This document shows, one piece after another, positions 56,510 to 64,000 of a stretch of DNA of 64,000 bases. The notes below the pieces were generated by a model. That model saw only the letters and a list, made by a program, of their open reading frames with translations. It did no database searches and was not told the DNA's origin. The translations under genes and the position numbers were made by a program. Source of the stretch: a bacterium (GTDB lineage Bacteria; Patescibacteriota; Patescibacteriia; SBBB01); contig SBBB01000025.1 in assembly GCA_005239895.1 (NCBI GenBank), forward strand, positions 98,170 through 162,169, given 5' to 3'. Position 1 is the stretch's first letter. Every line of letters begins with the position of its first letter.

Positions 56510-56803
56510 CTACTGTATCTTAAAAAAAACAGATTGCTTTGTAAATCTATCTATAAATATCTTTACGATGGTCAATTTCAAAAAATATTGCCCTGTTTTT
56601 ATTTTGAAAATAAAACAAGACCATATACTTTCGAGTAACACGAAAAGAAAAACTTGCTCTAAATCTTTTATTTTTTTAAGATGTAATCTTGTATCTCGCC
56701 AGTTATTGACAAAAATTCGTTCTTGACTTAAACACAATAATTTAATATTCGTTGGAAGTTTAGTGATTAATTTTTCAAAATCACCAGTATGAATTATTTC
56801 CAT
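56510..56803 (-). CDS. Possible RelE/ParE-like toxin (weak)
   Basis: N-terminus TGDFEKLITKLPTNIK resembles RelE/ParE FEKDLKKLPK.IQ. Overlaps the upstream small ORF by 10 nt (TA-like arrangement). Confidence 0.3.
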   Translation of the reverse strand: MEIIHTGDFEKLITKLPTNIKLLCLSQERIFVNNWRDTRLHLKKIKDLEQVFLFVLLESIWSCFIFKIKTGQYFLKLTIVKIFIDRFTKQSVFFKIQ

Positions 56804-57003
56804 ACCGCATCTATTGGGTATTTTTTAATGGCTTTTTTATAGGCAGTTTTAATTCTTTCGGGATTAGAATATCCTTCTAAATTTTCAGATCGTAAAAACA
56901 GGTCAATTGCATTTCTTAACGAACGAATTTCTTTAAGAATAGAATGTAATAATATATCTTTTACGCGAGCATGGCTTGTTTTTGTCTTAGTTTTGGTTAT
57001 CAT
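56794..57003 (-). CDS. Small basic protein, possible antitoxin partner
   Basis: 69-aa ORF overlapping the downstream RelE-like ORF. Confidence 0.3.
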   Translation of the reverse strand: MITKTKTKTSHARVKDILLHSILKEIRSLRNAIDLFLRSENLEGYSNPERIKTAYKKAIKKYPIDAVWK

Positions 57004-57107
57004 ATTTTATATTCTATGAAATATAGAACTGCTTGTCAATTTTATTTGAACTGCCGTGAGTCCATTTAGTAGTTTCGCTACTAAGTAACTATAATTAATC
57101 TCGAAAT

Positions 57108-58277
57108 TTAAAATTTAAAAGTTGAAATTTCGTAAATAATTCCCACTACCACAACCGTAAATATAATCGTTCCTCCCACATAAACATACCAAGGAATAGT
57201 ATGGGTATATTTACGCTTTACACTATAATAACAAATAATAATTAAAGCCACATCAATACCTACAATAATTACACCCATAAAACGAATAATCGCCGAAAAA
57301 TTTTGAAAACCAACCAAATATAAAAAAAGTGGAACACCTGAAACTAAAACCCACGCTAAAATGTTGGGTATTTTCATATCTAAGCGCATAAGCTCTTGAA
57401 AACTTTTACCCAAAGAAATATACGATGTTAATATAGCTAAAAACCCAATCAAGCTTCCGAGTAGCATCGTGTTTCTACCAATAACCACACCCAAAGAACT
57501 AATAGCTTCACTTCCAACATTAGATCCTACAACTCCAACCATAACTAACGCAAAACCAAAATATAACACCGCGGGTATTAAGGTGCCTATGGTAATGGCT
57601 GAACGTACGGCAGTCTTGTTTTTACCCAATACCGTAATCATGTCGGGAATAACCACACTACCAGACAAAGCAAATAAAAGCACTCCGTAAGGCTCTATAT
57701 AATACGACCAATTTATTCCGCTCAAATTCTTCACTTGAATATAAGAAGCTAAAAACACGACTAAACCAATTATTAACAACACTAACGCAGCTGTTAAAAC
57801 ACTGTCCACAATTGTCTCTTTCTTGGAAGGAAACAATAATATAATCGCAACCAATGCAATTAAGAATATTTCCCAGGGAAAATTAGTTAATCCTAGATTT
57901 GCGTCAGGTTTTACAAAAAACGCCACAATATTATATAAAAACTTTGATCCCATTAAAACATAGACCAATAAAGCGCAGGAAATACTAAAAAAAGATAAAA
58001 ACCTGGCAAACAAACCAGCCTTAGTTCCTAAGTACAAATTAATATAACCTGGCATGCGATGCTTTTCGTCAGTATATAAAACAATTTCACCATAAATTAA
58101 ATGAAAAAATATCATCACAATCGTTAATAAGAATAATTCTAACGCGCCCAGCCAAAAACCAGACTTCGCAAAAGCCTGAGGAATAGCAAACATTCCAACT
58201 CCAATAATCATACCAGATAAAACCAAAACACCCTTGGTAAATTTTAAAAACTTGGCACTAAACATGGAATTTAACAT
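57108..58277 (-). CDS. Amino acid permease (HAAAP/TyrP-Mtr-like family)
   Basis: 11 TM; LSGMIIGVGMFAIPQ resembles the HAAAP N-terminal signature. Confidence 0.55.
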   Translation of the reverse strand: MLNSMFSAKFLKFTKGVLVLSGMIIGVGMFAIPQAFAKSGFWLGALELFLLTIVMIFFHLIYGEIVLYTDEKHRMPGYINLYLGTKAGLFARFLSFFSISCALLVYVLMGSKFLYNIVAFFVKPDANLGLTNFPWEIFLIALVAIILLFPSKKETIVDSVLTAALVLLIIGLVVFLASYIQVKNLSGINWSYYIEPYGVLLFALSGSVVIPDMITVLGKNKTAVRSAITIGTLIPAVLYFGFALVMVGVVGSNVGSEAISSLGVVIGRNTMLLGSLIGFLAILTSYISLGKSFQELMRLDMKIPNILAWVLVSGVPLFLYLVGFQNFSAIIRFMGVIIVGIDVALIIICYYSVKRKYTHTIPWYVYVGGTIIFTVVVVGIIYEISTFKF

Positions 58278-58297
58278 ATTTTAATATAATAACATAT

Positions 58298-58330
58298 AAA
58301 TTAGCTTTTAGCTTGCAGCTTGTAGCCGAT
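58298..58330. repeat. (TAGCTTTT/AGCTTG)n array
   Basis: ttagcttttagcttgcagcttgtagcc. Inverted partner at 60441-60471; same unit as the arrays at 13652 and 14603. Confidence 0.5.
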
Positions 58331-58334
58331 ACCA

Positions 58335-59165
58335 TTACAACCGTAACAATTTGCGAGCATTAATAGTTGTAGCTTCAATTACATCGTTTACATCCCTACC
58401 GCGTATATCCGCAACGCACTGGCTAATATATTTTAAATACAGTGGACTATTTTGTTGCCCGCGAAATGGCACTGGAGCTAAGTAGGGCGCATCGGTTTCT
58501 AAAACTAGTTTATCCAATGGTATTTTAGCCACAACATCTATAAGATCTTGAAGCGCGTTCTTTTTAAGAAATAAAAATGTCAAAATACCATTAACACCTA
58601 TTACAAATCCTAAATCTATGTACTGTTGCGCTAGACTTAAATTACCGGTAAACGAATGAATCACACCCTTAAGACCAAGCCAGTGGTTGGTTTTAGTTTT
58701 TAAAATTTCTAACATATCGTCGTGGGCGTCTCGGCAATGAACCAACACGGGCAAATTTAATTCCTGAGCTAAGCCTAACTGTTGAATAAAAATCTTTTGC
58801 TGCGCTTGACGTCCAGCCTCCTTATTTTCTAAATTCGGCAACCTATAATAATCTAAACCTATTTCACCTATTGCCCGTACATATTTATCTTTACCAATCA
58901 CTAAAGTCTTATATTTATTTACATCATACTCTTCGTATTCATAAGACGTGTCTGGAGTCTGAGACTGATAAGTATGATTAGGATGCAAACCAATCGCGGC
59001 GTACACGAATTTATATTGACCTGCTAATTCAACCGCTTGAATTGAACTATCAAAATTAATTCCAGGCACTAACAAAGATATGCCCTCTTTAGCGCACTGG
59101 GTAAGAATATCTTTTTGGTTTTTATTGTAATCTTCGAGCTGTAAATGGCAATGTGTATCAAACAT
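58335..59165 (-). CDS. tatD: TatD-family metal-dependent DNase/hydrolase
   Basis: MFDTHCHL start, conserved His/Glu/Asp pattern. Confidence 0.85.
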   Translation of the reverse strand: MFDTHCHLQLEDYNKNQKDILTQCAKEGISLLVPGINFDSSIQAVELAGQYKFVYAAIGLHPNHTYQSQTPDTSYEYEEYDVNKYKTLVIGKDKYVRAIGEIGLDYYRLPNLENKEAGRQAQQKIFIQQLGLAQELNLPVLVHCRDAHDDMLEILKTKTNHWLGLKGVIHSFTGNLSLAQQYIDLGFVIGVNGILTFLFLKKNALQDLIDVVAKIPLDKLVLETDAPYLAPVPFRGQQNSPLYLKYISQCVADIRGRDVNDVIEATTINARKLLRL

Positions 59166-59232
59166 CTTGCTAAAAAATTTAACCTATGTTATAATTAAAT
59201 ATCGTATTATTTTAACTTGATAACTTAATTCT

Positions 59233-59508
59233 ATGGCACATACTAAATCGGGTACAACTACAGGACTAGGCCGCAATTCCGCTGGACAACGACTAGGTAT
59301 TAAACTCTCTGGTGGTTCCAAGGCTAAAATTGGTAGTATCATTGTTCGTCAAAATGGTTTTAAATACCGACCAGGGTTAAATGTTAAAACTGGTAAAGAT
59401 TATACCATTTTTTCTATGGTTAATGGAATAGTTCGTTTTTCTAAAAAAAGATTTCAATACACCCTGCGCACAGTTGTAAATATAGACCCGTATCAAACTC
59501 AAAATTAA
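59233..59508 (+). CDS. rpmA: 50S ribosomal protein L27
   Basis: MAHTKSGTTTGLGRNSAGQRLGIKLSGG...GSIIVRQNGFKYRPG. No rplU precedes it. Confidence 0.9.
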   Translation: MAHTKSGTTTGLGRNSAGQRLGIKLSGGSKAKIGSIIVRQNGFKYRPGLNVKTGKDYTIFSMVNGIVRFSKKRFQYTLRTVVNIDPYQTQN

Positions 59509-59539
59509 TAATCTTTTAATTGTTCGTAATTAAATAATT

Positions 59540-60133
59540 ATGAACCTTGCTAAGCATACTCAACCTGTATTAAACTTGTTGCGTTTAGTGATATGGTTAC
59601 TGCCTCTGATTATATTATATATATTGTTTTACAACCAACAAAAACCGTCGGGTTATTTAGAAGCAATTTATAACTTTCAAAAAAATCCACTAGGACTCCA
59701 AGAAGAATCACCCATCATATCTCATCTGGTTCCTAAATCCAGATTATACCCACCCAAGATTGAAAATAATTATCAATATCAAGAGTGGCACAGCGACCCC
59801 ATATATTTAGATTTAAAAATGCCACGCGTTTTTGAAACTATTGAAATTGAAATAACACATCGCAATAAATATAATATCCCTTTTAGTTTTGCTTATCAAA
59901 AATTAGCTACTACAACCTTAGAATGGGAATGGGAAGACCTGCCAAATGCCAACCCTGTCCAATCACCTACAATCGTATGGCAAAAATCAACTTTTTCCAC
60001 CAAACTACAAAACGTAAATATATCCAATCGTAAATTACGTTTTAGACTATCAGCGCCCACCTTAAAAAATAGCCATAAAACCATTGATATCAAAGAAATT
60101 AAGGTTATTTTTAAAGATAAATATGCTAAATAA
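59540..60133 (+). CDS. Hypothetical membrane-anchored protein
   Basis: N-terminal TM VIWLLPLIILYILF; no family recognised. Confidence 0.45.
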   Translation: MNLAKHTQPVLNLLRLVIWLLPLIILYILFYNQQKPSGYLEAIYNFQKNPLGLQEESPIISHLVPKSRLYPPKIENNYQYQEWHSDPIYLDLKMPRVFETIEIEITHRNKYNIPFSFAYQKLATTTLEWEWEDLPNANPVQSPTIVWQKSTFSTKLQNVNISNRKLRFRLSAPTLKNSHKTIDIKEIKVIFKDKYAK

Positions 60134-60305
60134 AAAAATAACTACTATTCTAACCCGAGATATATTCCAAATTTCGTTTATTACATTTATAATTTTATTT
60201 TGGGCAGAATTACTCTATCAAGGATTCGTCAGTTCTTATATTAATTTGAGTCTGATGTTGTTTATAGTTTTAATAAGCGCTATTATGTATTTATACACAG
60301 AATAA
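60084..60305 (+). CDS. Small two-TM protein (overlaps the previous ORF)
   Basis: 73-aa hydrophobic ORF. Confidence 0.3.
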   Translation: MISKKLRLFLKINMLNKKITTILTRDIFQISFITFIILFWAELLYQGFVSSYINLSLMLFIVLISAIMYLYTE

Positions 60306-60440
60306 GATTTAAGATTTAAGGTTTTTTTGTCATCCTTGGTGGTAAAAAGTTAAAAGCCTTTAGATCACTAGACTCAGAGAGTCATTGAACCGCTAGATCC
60401 CGAGAGACCCTCTGAACTCTAAAGTCTGAAAGCCTGAAGG

Positions 60441-60471
60441 GCTAAAAGCTAAAAGCTACAAGCTAATTCTT
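60441..60471. repeat. (AAAAGCTA)n array, inverted relative to 58298-58330
   Basis: gggctaaaagctaaaagctacaagcta. Confidence 0.5.
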
Positions 60472-60478
60472 ATATAAT

Positions 60479-60931
60479 ATGGAATGTATTTTTTGTGAAA
60501 TTATTAAAGGATCAATACCTAGTCATAAAATTTGGGAAGATGACAAGCATTTAGCGTTTCTTTCTATTTTTCCCAATACCGAGGGTTTTTCAGTGGTGGC
60601 AACCAAGCCACATTATACGTCTTATGTGTTTGATTTACCTCAACAAACTTTAATTGATTTAATTCTAGCAGCTAAACAAGTAGGTAAATTATTAGACGTA
60701 AAATTAGAAGATGTGGGACGCACAGGACTAATCGCAGAGGGTTTTGGAGTTGACCATGCTCATATCAAACTATTCCCAATGCACGGCACCAAAGTGAACG
60801 AATGGAAAAAACATACATCCCCTACTAATAAATATTTTGAAAAATATGAAGGCTATATTTCATCGCATGATTCTAAAAGAGCTGACGACCAAAAACTAGC
60901 TCAATTAGCTCAAAAAATTAGAACGAAATAA
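60479..60931 (+). CDS. HIT-family nucleotide hydrolase
   Basis: CIFCEI N-terminus and HAHIKLFPMHG histidine triad. Confidence 0.8.
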   Translation: MECIFCEIIKGSIPSHKIWEDDKHLAFLSIFPNTEGFSVVATKPHYTSYVFDLPQQTLIDLILAAKQVGKLLDVKLEDVGRTGLIAEGFGVDHAHIKLFPMHGTKVNEWKKHTSPTNKYFEKYEGYISSHDSKRADDQKLAQLAQKIRTK

Positions 60932-61039
60932 AAAACTTCTAGACAATTCACAGATATAGATGTATTATATGGGTAATATAATTTTAATTTTACAAATAAA
61001 AATTAAAACTATAAACAATTAACTTTTAATTTTACAAAT

Positions 61040-61960
61040 ATGAAAATAATGACTCTTGAAAAAAATTTAACTTGGGTTGACATTGAAAACCCAGCAGAAG
61101 CTGACATTGAGTATCTAAAAACTAACTTTAATTTTCATCAATTTGTATTGGGTGAATTAACGGTTGATTTGCCTTCGTCTAAAATTGAAAAATTTAATGA
61201 TTATGTATATATAGTTTTACATATTCCAACCTTTGACAACGTGGCTAATACAACTATCCCCCATGAATTAGACGTCTTAATAACTAAAGAAGCTTTAATT
61301 ACCGTGCATCATCGCCCTATCCAAACTTTACAAGAATTTGCCGAACAACATGCCACGCCTTCAGCTGTACAAAAATGCACCTTAGACAACAGTGGAAAAC
61401 TACTTTACGATATATTAAAACATACAATGGTATTTTACTCTCGACAAATATTGCACATCAATGACAAAATCGCGGATCTTGAAAATAAAATATTTAATAG
61501 CAAAAACGGATACGCAACTCCCATAACTATATCTGTTATTAAAAGAGATGTTTTAGATTTTCGCAGAAACTTAAAACCCAAAGAACACATTTTTACAACT
61601 TTAGTAAATGATATGTCTGAATTCTTTGGTAATGACGCTAAATTATATTTCCGTGAAATCTTGCATGATTATAAAAATGTTTGGGATGTATTAGAAAATT
61701 ATAAAGCTACGATTGAATCTTTAGAAAATACTAATGACAGTATTTTATCAGCTAAAACTAATGAAGTTATTAGAACCTTAACCGTAGTCTCAACTATACT
61801 TTTTACAATTGGAACCACGCTCGCCATGTTTCATACTGGAATATTTATAGGTATACCCATATTTACGAGCGGGTGGCATAGTTTTGCCGCTTCTCTTTTT
61901 ATAATTACTACGGTAGGCGCTGTACTGGGAATTTTTTGTAAAAAGAAACAGTTATTTTAA
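61040..61960 (+). CDS. corA: CorA-family divalent cation transporter with a non-canonical motif (MFHTG) where GMN is expected
   Basis: N-terminal LTWVDIENPAEADIEYL...VLHIPTF and two C-terminal TMs are CorA-like. The loop reads LAMFHTGIF instead of YGMNF. Confidence 0.6.
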   Translation: MKIMTLEKNLTWVDIENPAEADIEYLKTNFNFHQFVLGELTVDLPSSKIEKFNDYVYIVLHIPTFDNVANTTIPHELDVLITKEALITVHHRPIQTLQEFAEQHATPSAVQKCTLDNSGKLLYDILKHTMVFYSRQILHINDKIADLENKIFNSKNGYATPITISVIKRDVLDFRRNLKPKEHIFTTLVNDMSEFFGNDAKLYFREILHDYKNVWDVLENYKATIESLENTNDSILSAKTNEVIRTLTVVSTILFTIGTTLAMFHTGIFIGIPIFTSGWHSFAASLFIITTVGAVLGIFCKKKQLF

Positions 61961-62796
61961 CCCTTAATAAAATTTTGGTTTTTAATTTTGAATGTAATTA
62001 CTAAAATTATAAACACTATAGTGGCGTTAAAAATTCTTTTTAAACGACGAGGTTGCCTAATTAATCTAAACAACCATTCTAATCCGATTTTTCTTAGTAT
62101 AATAGGCGCACGTTGAATATTTCCCGAAATAAAATCTAAAGAACCACCTACTCCAATCGCTAGTTTAACAGTTGGTAAATTTTTTAAATTTCTAGCAATC
62201 CATTTATTTTGTTCAATGTGATCAAAAGCCACAACTAAAACATCGGGTTGTTTTTGATTTATCATTTGCGTTAATTCTAAATCACACCCTTTCTTAGATG
62301 AACCTTCATAAATACCAACTATTTTTAATTCTGGATATAAATTAGACAGTTTGGTTGCTGTAAGTTCTCCGGACTTATTATAACTACCAAGTAAAAACAT
62401 TGAACTCCCTTTAGAAGCACAAAGTTTAGCCATATCTAATAATAAGTCAACCCCTGGTAAACGCTCCACAACTGACGCGCAATATTTGGGAAAAAATATT
62501 AAGCTAAAAAGAGTATATATGGCTTGAAAAATTATTTGGGGGTAACGAACAACCTTACAGTTAGATAACTTTAAGCTTAAATATTTTGTAGCCCATAAAA
62601 CACCAACTGTATCAGCCAAAACCAAAGAAGCCGTGTTAATTACAGACTTAAATTCTTGATCTTTTTGAGCCGCAACTATAAACTCTGAATTTAAGGTTAT
62701 AATTTGATGACTAGTTTTGTCATCCAACCATTTTTCAATAATACCAAGCGCTTCAGCTAAAATGTAAACATCTAGTTTAACACCCAACAAATACAT
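61957..62796 (-). CDS. WecB/TagA/CpsF-family glycosyltransferase
   Basis: GVGGSLDFISGNIQRAPIILRKIGLEWLFRL is the PF03808 signature region. Confidence 0.8.
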   Translation of the reverse strand: MYLLGVKLDVYILAEALGIIEKWLDDKTSHQIITLNSEFIVAAQKDQEFKSVINTASLVLADTVGVLWATKYLSLKLSNCKVVRYPQIIFQAIYTLFSLIFFPKYCASVVERLPGVDLLLDMAKLCASKGSSMFLLGSYNKSGELTATKLSNLYPELKIVGIYEGSSKKGCDLELTQMINQKQPDVLVVAFDHIEQNKWIARNLKNLPTVKLAIGVGGSLDFISGNIQRAPIILRKIGLEWLFRLIRQPRRLKRIFNATIVFIILVITFKIKNQNFIKG

Positions 62797-62797
62797 A

Positions 62798-64000
62798 TTA
62801 TTTTAAGAGTTCCAAAGCCTTGTCCATTTGAGGATCGATTTCTTTCTCAACATCTTGAGGTGTAATTTCAATTTCAATATCTGGTTTGATTCCATCTTTA
62901 TCAATAGAACGACCCAAAGGTGTAAGCCATTTAGCAATAGTTAATTTAACTGCTGATATATTATCGGACAAAGTTTTTAATTCCTGTACAGAACCTTTTC
63001 CAAAAGTACGATTGCCAACAATAGTAGCTTTTTTATAATCTTGTAAGGCTCCGGACACAATTTCTGAAGCGCTCGCGCTACCACGATTTACCAAAACTAT
63101 TGTTTTTACATCTTTTAATAAAGCTTTATTTTTACTACGATAATCTTTTTTATTCTGCTTATCATTATTGCGAACTTCGCTAACTATAATATTTTTATCA
63201 ATCCAGTATCCAGCTATATCCACTGAACCCTCTAAATAACCACCAGGATTATTTCTTAAATCTAAAATCATCTTTTGTTTATTATTTGCTAACAACTTAA
63301 CAACTTCCGACTGAAAATTTTTCACCGTATCATCTCCAAATTGATTTATTTTAATATAAGCTATCTTGCGTTTTTCAACCAAATTAGCGTAGGTTTTATT
63401 TTTAATCAGAGTTGAAACACTCAAAACATTTATCACATCTCGCACTATAGTTACGTCTTTAGGATAAATATCTACTTTGGATGGAGTGGTTTTTTTTATT
63501 ACTTTTTTCTGTGTATCGGTTTTAGGGTTCACAACCTTACTAGTAACAACCATCTCTCGAAAAATACTTAAAGTAACTGGAGTTTTTTGCTTTCCGCGTA
63601 TTAAACTAACTGCTGTGTGTAAGGGCATATCCAGAGTCTCTTTTTTGTCAATAGCCAAAATTCTATCCCCAGCTTGCAAGCCAGCTTTTTCAGCGGGAGT
63701 ACCTTCTAAGGGAGCTATAACAGTTAAAAAACCATCCTTTATTCCAATTTCAATACCTATGCCACTAAACGTACCACTCAACTCTTCTTGAAAACGTCGC
63801 ATAACTTCTGGACTTAAATAAACTGAATGAGGATCTTCTAAGCTACTAACCAAACCGCCCAAGCTTCCATAAAATAATTTTTGATCAATAGATCCATCTT
63901 TTGCAAATTGATTAGCATGCTCTTTCTTTAATAAAGACCATAGTTCCCAAAATAGATTAAAATCTATTTCTGAATCTAATCCTTCGGGCACTACGTCCAC
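62798..64000 (-). CDS. ctpA: Carboxyl-terminal processing peptidase (S41, CtpA/Prc) (partial; N-terminus beyond window end)
   Basis: PDZ region GIGIEIG...AEKAGLQAGDRIL; catalytic NRGSASASEIVSGALQD and TFGKGSVQ. Confidence 0.9.
   Translation of the reverse strand: MDVVPEGLDSEIDFNLFWELWSLLKKEHANQFAKDGSIDQKLFYGSLGGLVSSLEDPHSVYLSPEVMRRFQEELSGTFSGIGIEIGIKDGFLTVIAPLEGTPAEKAGLQAGDRILAIDKKETLDMPLHTAVSLIRGKQKTPVTLSIFREMVVTSKVVNPKTDTQKKVIKKTTPSKVDIYPKDVTIVRDVINVLSVSTLIKNKTYANLVEKRKIAYIKINQFGDDTVKNFQSEVVKLLANNKQKMILDLRNNPGGYLEGSVDIAGYWIDKNIIVSEVRNNDKQNKKDYRSKNKALLKDVKTIVLVNRGSASASEIVSGALQDYKKATIVGNRTFGKGSVQELKTLSDNISAVKLTIAKWLTPLGRSIDKDGIKPDIEIEITPQDVEKEIDPQMDKALELLK

Overview
This is an AT-rich window (about 30% GC) with compact gene spacing, which I read as a reduced-genome bacterium. 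The gene content looks Patescibacteria/CPR-like, but I cannot prove that from sequence alone. The housekeeping backbone is clear: a partial uvrD/pcrA at the left edge, smpB plus tmRNA, infC-rpmI-rplT, tmk, ftsA-like, ybeY, gatA, rplJ-rplL, fmt-def-priA-ruvB, an aldehyde dehydrogenase, pyrF, thyX-like, xth, ilvE, a dcw cluster (mraZ-rsmH-ftsL-ftsI plus a degenerate Mur-ligase-like gene), murJ, tatD, rpmA, HIT, corA-like, wecB/tagA, a partial S41 peptidase at the right edge, and three tRNAs (Thr-GGT, Leu-TAG, Glu-CTC). Over this backbone sits an unusually dense layer of repeats and mobile DNA. (1) A MITE-like element of about 190-230 bp with 30-bp terminal inverted repeats (CTGTCATTCCCGCGAAGGCGGGAATCCAGG) in three full copies and one solo end. 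(2) A 29-31 bp hairpin family (AATGTTTGG...CCAAACATT) whose inner stem co-varies between copies. (3) REP-like hairpins (TACTTGGAAGT-N5-ACTTCCAAGTA) next to and inside a RayT/IS200-like HUH Y1 transposase gene. (4) Locus-specific tandem 7-9 bp repeat arrays that occur as inverted pairs flanking small gene cassettes. The branched-chain amino-acid ABC transporter operon (livH-livM-livG-livK-livF) is interrupted three times: by a four-helix-bundle (23S rRNA IVS-type) gene cassette, by a roughly 3.2 kb island carrying the RayT transposase, and by a MITE. Other points worth attention are an unannotated 52-aa gene with a perfect sigma70-type promoter, an msrB remnant cut off at a hairpin cluster, and a four-gene locus (two tandem zinc-ribbon miniproteins, a single-pass membrane protein, and a TM-less TraD/TrwB/VirD4-like ATPase with a C-terminal zinc ribbon). 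There is also an AGTG[GT]AT repeat operator upstream of mraZ that mimics DnaA boxes, and P-loops that look degenerate in PriA and in a Mur-ligase-like protein. All functional calls rest on motif recognition in the supplied translations; nothing was searched against a database.
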